A stretch of DNA of 64,000 nt from Lama guanicoe (taxonomy: Eukaryota): the NCBI GenBank assembly GCA_013239625.1, contig MU054323.1, positions 8,297,220 to 8,361,219 on the forward strand, in the 5' to 3' direction. Positions 26,450 through 40,690 of this stretch are shown piece after piece. The notes under the pieces were generated by a model, which worked only from the letters and a program-made list of their open reading frames with translations, was not told the DNA's origin and did no database searches. A program made the position numbers and the translations under genes. The number at the start of each line of letters is the position of its first letter. Position 1 is the first letter of the stretch.

Positions 26450-27030
26450 TTCATCGCTTTCTACTTATAAAAGTAATAGATTTTTGTAGAAAATATAGAC
26501 TTTATAAAAGGAAATTAAAAGTAATCATGTACCCATGATTCAAAGATAAACTCTCAAGAGCTTAGTCTATTTTCCTCCAGCTTCTCTTTCTCCACGTGTG
26601 TCTGTGTGTATAGTTACATTTTTCATATTGTATATTTAGTGTGGGATCCCATTATACATAAAGGGTTGTATTCTACTATTTGTATTTAACGTTCTATGGT
26701 GGCCTTCTGTGTAATTAAGAGACTCCTAAGAACAGCACTTTAATGGCTGCACAACATTCCACTGCATAAATACACCTTAATATGTTTAACCAAACCCTAT
26801 TGGTGAACATTTGGACTGTTTACAATTTTTCACAATGAAAATGCTGCTATAAACAACCTTGTTCATAAATCTTTTTTCCAATCTCTGCTTATTTTCCCAG
26901 GAGATATTCCTAGAAATGGCACTGCAGGGTCACCAGCAGACATGTTTCCAAGGTTCTTGATGTGTATCATGTAGCTGCCTTCCTGAGAGAGTCTGCCCAT
27001 CCCCCTCCATCCCACCATTTGTGAGAATGC
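26450..27030 (-). mobile_element. Old L1M (L1ME-like) 3' fragment
   Basis: AT-rich block with taatggctgcacaacattcc, tttaaccaaaccctattggtgaacatttgg, attcctagaaatgg. Confidence 0.7.
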
Positions 27031-29344
27031 CCATCAGCCTCAGGCTGAGTTTCTCTGCCTCTAACAAACTGAGTGTCTCCTTAGCATTGTTTCTTTGTTT
27101 CAGCATCTCCCTTCCATCAGAACCCTGCATTTCCATCCATCCTTCAGAGCTCAGGGCAAATGCCACCTCCTCCGTGAAGCCCTTCCTGATACCCGAACCG
27201 AAGTTCTTCACTGCTAGGCCTCCCTCAGGTCTCGTCTTAAATTCTTCCTAATTTCTGACCTTTGCCTTGCATTTTAATTTGTGCAATAATAACCTCTTCT
27301 TTGTATGGGGCATTGAAGTTTTCAAAGTGCTTCCACTGAGATGTTTCATCTGATTCACTTTCAGACGGAAAGTGTTTTGAGGTCAAGGACTGTGGTTTGA
27401 TCACCTGGCTCTACTTCTCCTGGCCCCATCACCAACCTCTTAAGTCTAGGCCAACCTCAGCTAGCCCTGGATTTAGTGGAAGTTTACAACAGCCTTCCCT
27501 ATTCCTTGTCCTACCAGAAAAGATTGCTCCTCTCTGCAGAGCATGCTGGGTTCCTGTCCTGGTTCTGTCCCTGCCCCTTTCTGGGCCTCAGTTTACCCAT
27601 CTACAAAATGAGCAAGTTGAACTACATAGTCTCCCATACTCCCGGACTTATGGCTCCAGCAGCCCCTGGCCCCAGGTACCCAGAGCAGCCCTGGGGTGCC
27701 TCCGAGGGCCCCTGTGCAAAGCCAGCCTCTGGGATAGGCCAGAGGGAGCTGGCTGGGGAGGCAGGCCTGGCTCTAGGCCAGGCTGTGTCTGCAAACACTG
27801 ACCTTGGCTGCCGCGGGGATTTTCCATGACACCAGCACCCCCGCCTCAGCTCCCCCTAATCCCATGTGGGCCTGGGGAGGGGGAATGGGAGGAGGGGCAC
27901 TGTCCTACACCAAAGGACCGTGAATCAGTCATAGGGGCACCTGTGAAAGGGAGACAGCTAAAGAGAGAAACAGGAGAGGGCAGTGGGCCTCCAAATGGGA
28001 AGTCAGGGAAGAAGGCTGGGGGAGGGGGAGGACCTGTGGTGGGCAGTGGGGACAAAAGCTGAGAGAGGAGCCAGGAAGAGGGGAAGAGAGGCCCTGGATA
28101 GGGGCAGGGCGGAGGGAGGGAGAGGCTGTACCTCAGAGCTGGCCTTCCCGGGAGCTCTGGCCTGGAGGGGGATAAACTCCAGGCCCACTTCTGCACACTG
28201 GCCCTCCCCCTAGCCCAGGTCCTTGAGGCCGCAGTGGTTTCCCAGGCCTAGCTCAGGCCATGGCCAGGCCCAAAGCAGGGGGGGATTCCTTCTGGACCCT
28301 GAAGCTGGCTTCATTTTGCAGGGGCCTGGGGGCCACAGGGAGGACAGGAGCTGTGAGTCACAAAGGGCCCTCCTGCCAAGGCCTGCTCCCCTCCCCCTTT
28401 TGGGTGTCAAGAGGAGGTTTCTCTTGTCTGCATCTCATACTTTCAGGCTGTCTGGGCTGAGCAGCTGCACCCACCAGGCCTTGTGGGTGCCAACATTGAG
28501 GAGACCTGCAGGCCCTCCAGGAGCTCAGAGCCCTGCAGAACAAAGCCAGGCTTCTGAGCAAGGCAGAGGGAGAGGCCCCTCCAGCTCTGGGAAGGTTCTC
28601 CAAAGGTTCTTGGGAAAGGCAGTGTCTGAGCTGGGTCCTGACAATGGAAAGGAGAAGGCCTGCACTCCCCTCCCCATCTCCACGGAGCCACACTGCCTCT
28701 TTCCTCCCTCCCTCCCAAGGACTTGGGCTCTCCTGCCAGTTTCCTTCTGCCCCATCTCCTTTAACACACCGATTAGGCTCTTACAGTCCCAGTTCCTGGC
28801 TTCACATTGCTGCCACCTCCAGACCAAGGGGGTGGCTCCCTGTCTGTGCCTCAGGCCCCTGAGGAGGCAGGATCCTCTGTGGGCCTTTCTGAGGCACTGT
28901 CCACAGGCCCAGCAGGAGAACCAGGCTCCCTCTGGGGGTGCCTGTGTCTCACAGCCAGTCCCCTGGAGCTGCCCTGGCTCCCTCGAGCCCCCACTGCTCT
29001 CTGGCTGCCCCACCAGGCCCAGGCAGCACCCTGAGATCACATCCCCTCCCACGTCTAGCTTTGCATCAGCCCAGCTTGGCCCAGAGTTCACAGCCTTTGG
29101 GCACCTCTAGCCATGGGTCACCTCATCCATCTTCTCTCAGGGCAAACATTTGCCTGGCCAGGACAGTATTTACATTAGATAACTAGCTCTGCAGGGAACC
29201 TGGAAACAGGTTGCAGCTAGGCATTGCCAAGGGCTGCAAGCTTCTAATCTACTGAAGGGCTGGGCCAACCAGAGACAAAACATTAGAGAATCTCAAAGTC
29301 AGAGACCTGGAAGAAGGACCTTAGAGTCCTTGATGCTAGAGAGG

Positions 29345-29640
29345 AGCGTTCCCCAAACTGTGCTCCAAGGAACACTTTCCCAGCAATACGCACTGTGAGA
29401 AAAGCATTCAAAGGTCATATAAGTGGCAAAACTTCAGCACTTTCTCCCAATTTTGACTGACCTTGCTCATTAACATGTGTATGGCTCAGATAAAGTCTCA
29501 GCTTCAATCGAATGACAACAAATTCAGTTAAATTCAGCATTCCCGCTATTTAATTTAACCAAGCAACCCTTTTCTCATCCAAAAGTTATTAACAGTACAT
29601 GGAACTGGTATTCCAGGAAATTGACTCTGGGAAACACTGA
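29345..29640. mobile_element. Degenerate hAT-Charlie element (MER102/MER103-like)
   Basis: Inverted ends gttccccaaactgtg ... ctctgggaaacactg. Confidence 0.5.
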
Positions 29641-29724
29641 TCTCAGAAAGTTGATGCTGAAAGGAGCTTTAAAGACCATCTAATCTTGATGTTTCCCCCC
29701 AAATAGTCATACTAAAAATTAATA

Positions 29725-29870
29725 TTTATTGATCCCAATGTCCTAAGCATTTTAAGTCAACTATCCATCAAATCCTCACAGCCACTCTAGGAGATAAGTA
29801 CATCATTATTTCCATTTCACAGATGAGGAAACTGAGGCACTTGGAAGATTAAGTAACTTGGCCAAAGTGG
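29725..29870 (-). mobile_element. MIR SINE
   Basis: tccatttcacagatgaggaaactgaggcacttggaagattaagtaacttggccaaagt. Confidence 0.85.
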
Positions 29871-32186
29871 AAAGCTGCCTAACCGCAGAGGCTGTGCTCT
29901 CACCTACACCACTAAAGATCCCTGCAGAAAACAGAAATGTCTACTTTCAATATTTGAAAAGCATAACAATAACATAATCCCATCTCATAGAATGAGTTAT
30001 CCCATGCTAATCAGAAGTTCTGATCAGCAGATGTGTTCCTAATTAATTTTGATGGGAAAATATTTTTTTCCACAATAATCTCTTCAGTGCCTGTTCTAGT
30101 AGTAGCTACACCACACTGATCAACACATTGTACTCCATGTATAAAATCTTTCCAAACTTAGACTATGAATGGGTGGGTGAACAGAAAAAACTAGAAGGCA
30201 TCTAAAGCAGGGAAAAAAAGGTAGGATACTTTATCTTGCCCTATCCTCCCATGTCACAGATGAGGGAAACTGAGGCCCAGGGAGGGAAAAGGACTTGCCC
30301 AAGGCACAAAGCTGGTTACAGTCAGGGCCAGGTCAGACCCCTAGATCTCCTGCCTCCTAGCCCCATGCTCTTTCCTCCACCTAAGGCTGTGGCCAGCATT
30401 CTAGCTTTGTGGCCAGCTGGGCCAGGGGTGGGAGGTCACGAACTCAAGCTGGCAGGCATGTGAGGTCAGTGGGGAGCCAACAGCTGAGCCCAATTCAGCC
30501 AAGGCCATTACCAAGGGCTCAGACTGGTTATTTGTTCTTTGACTAGAAGAAACTAGGCCAGCCACAGAGAGAGAAAATCCAATAAGAGGGAAGGCCAGAC
30601 TCCCCCCAATCCTCTGCATCTCCCTGGAAGACAGAGCTTCAGCCAGTTTCTCAGCACCTTGGTGATCTGGGAGGAAAACAGAAGAACTGAGGCCAGGGGT
30701 TCCCATTCCACTTCTAATTTTTCCAGCTGTCCCAAAATATTCATAATTCATATTTACATCCAGTCACATAATTTTTATGTACAGCCACCTGGCATCCTCA
30801 GATAAATTCTAGGCGCCAGCCAGGTCTCAGGGTCATCTCAGCTGAGTTGGTCCCAATCAGGGGCTGCTGGGCTCTGGTTACATGAACAGGTCAACCTTGG
30901 CTGTGCTGAGCCAGAGGGCAGAGGACAGAGCACTGAGTCTGGGATGGCATATCCTGGGTTATAGCCCTGGCTGTGCTGTTCACTAGCTGCGCAACCTTGA
31001 GCAGGTCCCCCTCCCTCTCTGGGCCTCCAGTACCTCATCTGTATAATATAAGGACTGGGCCATATGATCACTAAGGACCTTTCTGGCTCTGAGAATCTTT
31101 AAGTCTGTGGTGGATTCGGGAAGGTAGCTGGGAGGAGGGGCTGAGAATAGCCCCTGTCAGTACTCTGAAAGGCAGGGCGAGAGTCTCATGGTTGGGGCAT
31201 GAGTTTTGGCTGCTCAGTCCATCAGGTACTGTGAGGGAGGGTCCTCAGAGAATCAGTTCCAGAGCCCAGCCTGTGTGTGTGTCAGGGACACACAAGGACA
31301 GAGGGAGCCCCTCACCCAGAGGCTGGGTGGGAAGGAGAGGATGGGGGACTCCCTTTGGCCCTCTCTCCCTCGTAAGCCCAAGCCTGATGTGGGCAAGCAC
31401 CCGGCAGGCAGCAGGCCTACTGGCAGGCAGACAGGCCTTGCCAAACGCCCAGCTGCTTCCCAGAAGTTCCTGGGCCCCCTGGGAGTGGCTCCACCCCAGC
31501 TGGCGCCCCTCCAAACTGGGCGCCCACGTCAGCAGGTCCTCCCTTGCCCTTTCACCCAGTGACAATAGAGCAGGCGAGGCGGGGAGGGCAGGCTGACCCC
31601 AGGCCTGAAGCTAGGAGTAGCATCTGATTCCCTGGGCATCACATCCCTGTCGCCACTTGTGCCACCTCCAGCTCAGGGCAGTGCCCAAGGACCAGGCTCC
31701 AGGTGGAATGCTCTCCCCTCGGGCCTCAGTTTCCCATCCTGGTTGCCCTTCCTTGGAGCTAAATTGGCTCTGAGGCATCAGAATGAGCGATGAGTCAGAA
31801 AGTCCCAGTGGCCTTGGCCAACTCACGCGCTTCTCCAGCCTTCACTGCTCCAACTATAAAACGGAGATAGTCATAATAATGGCCTTGCAGGAAATTTTTG
31901 AGCATTAAAGTTAAGAATGTATCTGAAGGATAAGACCTTAAGCTTCAGCCTGTGGTAAAGAAGTGAGGGTGGGCCCCGAGGGGGCATCTGACCCGAAGGG
32001 TGAGGCATGTCCAGGGTGGCTATAACAGGGCAGGAGGCTGCAGCCTAAGAGCATTTGGTTAAGCCTGGATGGGCCATTTGCTTTGAAAAATCACTAAATT
32101 CAACAGGAGGTAGGCAGAGAAAAGAGCTGCCACTTCTGGCTGGGGACAGAGAAAGTAAGTGGGCACTCAGTATCTGGACAGAGACA

Positions 32187-32391
32187 GGGAGGAGCACAGC
32201 ATGAGGATGGCACTAGGGGAAGAAGGGGCCGGCACGTCTGGTGGGACTCGGGCTGTATTCAGATCAGGGAGGGCCTTCCTGAAGCTGGGGAGGAGCACAG
32301 CATAAGGATGGCACTAGAGGAAGAAGGGGCCGGCACGTCTGGTGGGACTCGGGCTGTATTCAGATCAGGGAGGGCCTTCCTGAAGCTGGGG
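32187..32391. repeat. Direct tandem duplication, 2 x 101 bp, 2 mismatches
   Basis: 32187-32287 vs 32288-32388 are identical except atgagg/ataagg and ctagggg/ctagagg; GGG microhomology at the junctions. Confidence 0.97.
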
Positions 32392-33339
32392 GGCTTGTGG
32401 GCAGCCTGCAGGGGGCAGTGAGGCTGCCAGGCAGGCAGGCACTGGGTTTTCCTAAAGGATAGTGGATCAGGAGCAGTCACAGCCTAAGAAGAAACCCAGG
32501 GCAAGGCGGCAGTGGTTGTGAGAGGCTATCCGTTTCCCTGACCATGGGATATGGCTGCCAGACCCCACAAAGACTGCCCTGCCCTCAGGACTGCACCCTC
32601 AGGCCGACTATCCCCCGTGAGATCCCATCACTGCTACTTCTGTCACCAACTCCACAGGTTCTAAAGGACTTTTGTCTCCAGTTTTTCTTTTACTCCTGAC
32701 GGCAGCTCTGGCAGCGGCAACCAGGGTGGGGCTTAACAGCTGTAGCTCAATCCCCTAGAGTGCAGACCAGACAAGAGAGGTCCAGAGAGGGGAGTGGATC
32801 AGCCCAAGGTCACACAGCCAGCAAGCGGTCAAGCTGGGACTGGTCCATACCTCCCAATCCCTGTCCAGCCCCGGCCACAGTGCCCTGCCCTCCCCCACAC
32901 CCCACGTGGTACCGACCCGAGGGACCGGGAAGGACAGGACGAGAAACTGCTCTGGCTCGGAGCCTGCCCAGCTGTCGAGGTGAGTTGTGGTCTGGCTGCC
33001 TTGGCCAAGCTGGCAGGCACAATCTGTTCTCACCCTGCTGGGGTGCAGACGGGCCAGGCACAGCGGCTCAAGAGCTCAGCTATCCCCACCCCTAGCAAAG
33101 GGTGACACAGTCACCAGCTAGATGCCACAGTGAGGGGACAGGGGAGCCCATTCTCAGGGCAGTCCACAGCCTCACACACCCTAGGCAGCAGTCCCCAGAC
33201 CTCCCTGTGTGTTAAGATTCACATGGCCTTGGGCTAACAGAGATGCCAACTTTACTGGAACTGAGCTATCTCCCAGCCCAGGGGATCTCTTGGAAATGTG
33301 AGGGAAATTTGGCACTTCATTCATTACTAACCATAGTGA

Positions 33340-33530
33340 GCTGTTATTGAGCACTTGATACGTACCAGGCTCTAGGCTAAGTGTATTATACACATTATCT
33401 CACTTATTTCTTTTCCAAAGCCCTATAATGCAGGTTCTACTTATTAGCCCATTTTATAGACGTGGAAACTGAGACTCAGAGAGGTTTAAAAAGAAACACA
33501 CAGTCCATGGCAGAATCAGGATTTGATCAG
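33340..33530 (-). mobile_element. MIR SINE
   Basis: tattgagcacttga...ccaggc...cccattttatagacgtggaaactgagactcagagaggtt. Confidence 0.8.
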
Positions 33531-35081
33531 ACATCAAAACAGTCAGTATCCTGCCTTGCCATCAACTCATCAAACATATTCTGGACATACCCCATGGGCA
33601 TGGCTGACAATGTGGAGGCGGACACTAGGGAAGAATATGACAACATCCAGCAGTGCCCAACCTCCCATCCCAAGCTAGTGTTTAGTTGTACATACATAGT
33701 TGAGGGCCCTGAGGGACAGAGCAGGGGATGGTAATCATGGCCCAGGACTTCAAAGCTGACCATGCTCAGCGCCACTCCAAGCAGGGATCACTTCCAGCTG
33801 TGAGCAATCCAGGGTGGCTGCATGGAAGAAGAAGCATTTGGTTACATTTTGATAAGGCTTAGACCAGAGGGGAAAATGGAAAGCCTGTCAGCACTATTTT
33901 ATTATAATAATCCTGTTAATAAAAGTGATAAATATCTTAACAGCCCAGTGAAGGAAGCAGGGCCAAAACCAGTAGATGTCATTTTACAAATGAGGAAACA
34001 TGCTCAGAGAGGGGGAGTAATTTGCCCCAGGTCACACAGCCACTAGTGACTGGGCCAGAACTTGCGCCTAGGGCTTCTGAGTTCTCCTCACGGGTCCTTT
34101 CCCCTCCAGGTCTCCAAGTAGAACTTTGGACTTAGACCATTTGATGGTTGGCTCAGAGGAAGGCTTTGCCCCTGCCTGGCTCCTGGCTGAGTGAGGGCTG
34201 AAGGGCAGGGTGGGGTATGATAGGAGTTGAGGTTGTCTGACTGGTGACAGTAACACATGGAAGGACACCCAGGGCTCCTGCTTTGACAAAGGCAATGTCA
34301 TAAGGACAGACCCTACTTTGGGGCCAGGCACAGAGGATGACCCCAAGGCTCCAGACTGGGTCTAATGAGGACCCTAGAGCACTGATTAATGGAGGGGTAT
34401 GGGACACTGTCTCCTTTCTCCTCTTCTGACACTAGTGGGCCAGCTGCCTCTGGGAGGCTGGAAGGCCCCAGTTGCCAACTAAACCCGTAAGTTTTGGCTG
34501 GCAGAAAGAAAGTCATCAGGAAATGCCCCAGTTTCCCTCCCTTCACACTGAATCACAGGACGTCAGGACTCATTCAGCCCAACTTCCACCTCTTATAGTC
34601 AAAGAGGCTGAGGCCCAGAGAGGACAAGTAACAGGTCCAAAGGCCACAGACACTGAAGTAGGTCTCCCAACTGAGTACTTGCCAGTACCCCTCACCTGAT
34701 CCATGCTGCCTCAGGATGAAGTTCCCAGCGGCAGCATGAGTCAGTTCCTTCTCTGGGTATAGAAAACGGTGGGGTCTTTGAAGCCAAACAGACTCTAATT
34801 CAAATGTAGGTTGCTCTGCTTCCAAACAGTCTGACCTTGGAAAAGTCACTTAACCCTCCCTGTTTCCTCTTTCCTTCCTACCTACCCCATGGAATGGTCA
34901 CGAGAATAAATAAGAAATCAACAGCAAGGAACTAGCACAGTGCCTGGGGACAAGGATGTGCCCATATCTGTGTGTGGGCTCCACCTTCGGGCAAAGGAAA
35001 GAGAGCCAGATTCCGCCAGGTCGGGGCGGAGAGGGGAGAGAAGGGGAAGGGAGGCAGGTTTCTAGAAAGGCAGCCCCATAG

Positions 35082-36050
<969 letters not shown>

Positions 36051-36959
36051 ACGCCGCGCGGGGCCTGGAGCACCTGGGAGCGCGGGCGGGGACTTATGCC
36101 CAGAGGAGCAGCAGGGGTCAGCGGGGAGGCTACCCCAGCGGCCTTCGGCTCCATGGGGCGCCCCTACACCCCTCTCCCCCTCTCCCAGCCCCCCATCTCC
36201 GACTGTGCCTGCTTGCACCAGCCGGCAGGAGCCGGGGCTCTGAGGACCCCTGGAGCCCCCATCTGTGCCCTGCAAATTCCTAGAAATGTGAAACTTGGGG
36301 GGAGGGGGGAATCGGGGGAAGGAAGGCAGAAGCTGGGAGCATCCCATCCCTCTAGAAAACTAAGGAGCTCCTCAGTCCGCAGAGGCCCTGCTGGCATCCA
36401 GACCCCCACCACCTCCCCCTCCTCCTTCCGGAGGGAACTTCGTGTTCCGTGTAAGTTTGCATCTCTATTTATACCTCTGTCCTGCCAGGTCTCCCACCTT
36501 CCCTTGGCTCCAAAAGCCAGGGTGTCTTTGTCGAGGTCACCCTCACTCAGTCCCCACTCCCCTTCCTGATCCCCAAACTGTGTCTCCCGGTCTCCCACTA
36601 CCTTTTGTGTTGTTTTGCATGGCTTTGCAGTTATGAAGGAAATGGAAACCCAGCAGTCCCTAAAGCTAGTCCCCAGAGGGCAGGCAGATGGAAGTACCTA
36701 TAGGCAGGCTGCAGGAGGGGCAGAGAAGGGAAGAGGGTGGCTGTCTGCATGAAGGTTCCCCTGGTAGGTGAGAGCTAACTGGCTTTCAGTCACATCCTTA
36801 TGGGGGGCCGGGGGTGGGTGGGAGGTGGGGAGTCCAGCCAGACACTGCCCTTGGAATCAAACAGAAAATTGCTACTTGCCATTCCTGGCCGCTGCTGATA
36901 ATTCCCCACTCTTAGATCTGTGGAATGAGTTTGAAAACCCTGTCCTGACTACCCATTCG

Positions 36960-37133
36960 TTTGATTCTCACCACATCCCAGTTAGGTCACCAGGGCAGGA
37001 GTTCTCATCTGCATTTGACGGATGACACTGAGACCCAGACTGGTGAAGTGACTTGCCCAAGGTGACACAGGTAGCAAAAGGCAATGGGGAGCAAGAACCC
37101 AGGCTGCTTGTTCCGAGCCTAAGTGCTCTTTCC
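36960..37133 (-). mobile_element. MIR SINE embedded in the KCNK3 3'UTR
   Basis: catttgacggatgacactgagacccaga...gtgaagtgacttgcccaaggtgacacag. Confidence 0.75.
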
Positions 37134-38353
37134 TTTTCACTCCTCTGCCTACTCTCAAAAGCAGAGTTCCTGGCCTGCACACCCTGGCATTGTGTGGGCC
37201 ACTGGGCCTTAGACGAGAACCAGAGCCCAGGTCTGAGCCAGTGCCGAGCTCAGCCTCTCTTCCACTTGGCCACAAGGCAGGGTAGGACCTGGACTGCCTC
37301 TTACAAGCAGGAAGTCCTTGGGCCAAATAAACAGGTCTGGGGCTCATGGAAGAAAGGCTTTCGGAGTTTGGAAGTTGGGCAGAGGAGCCTAGAGAGCCGG
37401 CAGGCAGATCCTATGGGACATGATCCCTGGTTCCACAGCCAGCATTGATGCCTGCATTCTAGGTGGCTAGAGATAAGCCACAGCTGCAGCAAGGAACACC
37501 CCTCCCAGGTGTGCTCACTGCCTTCCCCCTCTGCAACCCAGAAGCCCAGATGGAGAGCAGCAGATGGAGGTGAGACCCTTGGTTCCACTATCAGGAACCA
37601 CAGCAGGAGCTGGGACCGTAACTCAGGACAGCTTCGAGGAGTGGGTGAGGGGCTTCTCCCCCTCCATACTGACTCCTCTGACTGTTCCTGTGTCAGTTCC
37701 TTAACACTGCTGAGCAAGGCTGGCCCTGGCATTCAGGGAAGCTGGAGTGGGGGCAGGGGTGCTCACATGGGGATCAGCCTCAGCCCCACCCCCGCCATAT
37801 GCTCCCACCTCTGGGCCCCCTGGGAGGGAAGAAGTCTGGCCTGGCCAGTGTGTGAATCCCATCTCAGCAGGGAGAAGCTGGCTGCCCAGGTGCCACAGAG
37901 AACAGGGCCCAGGCCCCAGGGGTGCCCTCTGTGTTTATGTTGGGGTGAGGGGCAGTGCCAGCTGCCTCTGTCCCATGTGACCCTGCCCTCGAGGGGTCCT
38001 GTCCCGTCAGTCCCGAGGGAGCCACAACCAAAGTTGCAAGGAGGTGGCAGGAAGGGAGGCCGAATAGCCCTCACAGAGCATGGCAGACTGCTCGGTCTCC
38101 GGCCGGGTCTTTCCTAGGGAACCGGAAGGCCAGTGTTGCTTCCCCATCCCCTCCTCCCACTGCAGGCAGCCTTTCTGCTTCCCCAATGCCTTATGCCTGG
38201 GCACACTGCCACAGAATATGCAATACGTGTGGGCGACGTGCCCCCACGCCCACACCCTCACCCCGGGCAGCCCCTGGACCCCAAAGGCCGCAGCTGCCAC
38301 GGCCTCCCCTCAGCCCTTCCTGCCTATCTGTCTTCACACTGAGAATGGCGCCT

Positions 38354-38359
38354 AATAAA
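38354..38359 (+). terminator. Likely KCNK3 polyadenylation signal AATAAA
   Basis: Canonical hexamer with a downstream GU/U-rich element. Alternative hexamers at 37326, 38862 and 39853. Confidence 0.6.
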
Positions 38360-39525
38360 TGCTGTCCATGGAGACCAGGCTCAGGCTCAGCTGCCTCTGT
38401 TATTGTATACCCTTGGCGCTGCCGGGGAGCGGCCATGCCCCACCGGGATCTGCAGACCCACCTAGCAGGTGCACCTCAGGTGTGAGATACCTCACAGACC
38501 CCTCTCTTTAGGGTACATTTTCCTCTGAGTGTGGAGGGACAATTCTGTCCGGGGCTGGGTCCCAGAGCCCAGGACAGACCCAGAAGCAGAGGCCCCCTGC
38601 CCAGCTGGTGCCAGAGCCTGAAATCAGCTAGCCAGTGGCTTCAAGATGTCACTGAGTACACCCCACGGTAGCCTTTGACACCACAACCCATGCCTGTCTT
38701 CCTGTCTGTCTATCATGAAATAATACCTAACCGCTACTGTATTCAATGCATTCTCATACTTTCTACTCTAGTTCACATTATAAGGTGCTGGTCACAACCC
38801 ACTAAATTGATTTCTCTCCCCGCTAATGGTGTGTTCCCTGCAGATGGAAATACACTGGAGAAATAAAGGGGTTGGGGTAGGGGCACTTTATCCCAGTCCT
38901 CCCACCTACCCACATAGGTCAATTGAAAGATACTGAGAGAGACCTATTTCCTGGGGATTGATTCAGGGATCAAAGTAAGAACTGATGGCACCTGCAGGAG
39001 GCAGGACACAGCCAGCCTTCATGTGAAACGCTATTTCTGATGTCATTTCTGAGATCCGCAGTGACCAGTACAAGGTGGCTTTGACTTTCTTAAGCAGTTC
39101 CTACAGGACATAAACTTGCTGACACTGGCTTTCTTTTCTTCATTGCCTGGGGCAAAATAATCAGAATTCAAAGGAATTCCCAAGGGGCTACCTTCATCTC
39201 TGTCTTCTGACGGGTGATCAGAATCATGGCAGTGGTGAACTGCACCCCAGCCCCTGCCCTCAGGGCTCCTCAGGGCTCAGCAGCACCCATGGTCCCAGCG
39301 TGGGCTCTTTATCTCCAGACGATGCCATCCCCACCCTCCTCGCTTCCACCCAGCGTCTAAAGCCTCCTGCATGGAAAAATATACGTACAGCAAAATAGAA
39401 ATAGAAAACCAGCACCACAGAGTGGGGTGGGGTATAAATATACCAAGATCCCGGCTGATGTGATGACTCTGGGTGAGCCTCAAATAGAGACAGAAGCTCC
39501 CTGGGAGCCAAGAGAGAAAGAGGCA

Positions 39526-39800
39526 TGCAGTGTTAACTCTTCCCCAAATGGGTCCCACGGAATGCCTTGTGGGAAAAGAGTTCCTTGGTCAGACAAATCT
39601 GGGGAAACGTGCACACATCACTCATGTGTGGAGCTTCCTAAGACATCTTAGCTCAGGGAAGTCTCTGAAAAGGCTTGCAGCAGACACAGCTGTTTACCTG
39701 TGCTTAACCCAGCATTGCCCAAACTCACTCCCAGCACCAGACCCTCTGTATGAGGCCTCCTCACCTTCTGGGTCCCACGGAGCACGCTTTGGGAAATGCT
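39526..39800. mobile_element. Degenerate hAT-Charlie element (MER103-like)
   Basis: ggtcagacaaatctggggaaac...ttaacccagcattgcccaaact...cacgctttgggaaatgctg. Confidence 0.5.
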
Positions 39801-40665
39801 GAGCTAGTGAAATCTCTGTCTGATGAAGAGAGAAGGCTGATCCTTCCTCCTCAATAAATTCTAAAAGGAGTCTAACATAGCAGTCCTTCTGGAACTGAAG
39901 CCTGTGACATTACAAAACACATATCTTATTCCCCATTAGGCGTCAACTCGAACCAAGGCTCGGTGCAGCTCATTTACCAAAATCAGGCAGTGGGGTTGGT
40001 GGCAGAGCTGGGATTTGAGCCCAGGCCCGATGGCTCCAAAGCATAAGCTCTCAGACACCTCACTGCATCCTATCCCCAGGGTGTTCCATGTCTGCAGCAA
40101 AGGTTTGGCGGAAGTCACAGAGCTGTTAAAGACATATCACTTCTTATTCAGAACCATGGTGAAAGGGGAGGCTGTAACCAAAAATGTCATCCTTCAGAGA
40201 TCCTGATGATCTATCAGGAGCCAAGAAATTCTGATCCACCTCAGGTCCTCGCACTCCTACATGTAGGACCCTCTAGCTCTTTTGATAGGCTCAGCCTTGC
40301 CCCCACCAAGGCCAACAGCGTCCCCACAACTTATCCCAGGAAGCCAAGGGCAGGGAAGGGGTGTCCAAGGCCAGGGAAGAACTTCTTCAGGACAGACATA
40401 CTGTCAGAGGAAAATGCAGCAGCCCACACTGACCACACCAGCCTTCCCACCCCAGGGTGAAGCTCTTCATCTTCACTGAGTGGAATGAAGCTGAGGCCCC
40501 CTCTCACTCCCAAAGCTGGGTTCAGGCTAGAAGGCTAAGAGACTCTGTTTCCCGAGGGTCCCCCAGACAGCCCAGTCTTTAGTGGACACGGTCCCCACCT
40601 CTTGCCCAGGCGGCAATGATGCTGAAACAACACCAGCATCACCTTGGTCAAAGATTGCAAAGAAC

Positions 40666-40690
40666 TACACACACACATACACACACACAC
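40666..40690. repeat. (AC)n microsatellite, one interruption
   Basis: acacacacacacatacacacacacac. Confidence 0.9.

Larger units (their letters stand above)
36051..38385 (+). other. KCNK3: KCNK3 3'UTR (approximate end)
   Basis: Follows the stop codon. AATAAA at 38354-38359 is followed by a T/GT-rich element (ctctgttattgtatac, ~38395-38410). Longer or shorter isoforms are possible. Confidence 0.65.

Noticed and set aside
28223..29110. 295-aa intronic ORF (and 8407..9111, 37509..38117)
   Set aside because: Non-ATG starts, Pro/Ser/Leu/Gly-rich GC-driven composition, no domain or exon structure; 8407..9111 runs through a microsatellite and MER5A.
32187..32391. CRISPR-like or minisatellite array
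   Set aside because: Only two contiguous copies, no spacers, mammalian context.
36297..36318. Three-tier G-quadruplex
   Set aside because: Only three separable G3+ runs; at best a two-tier structure.
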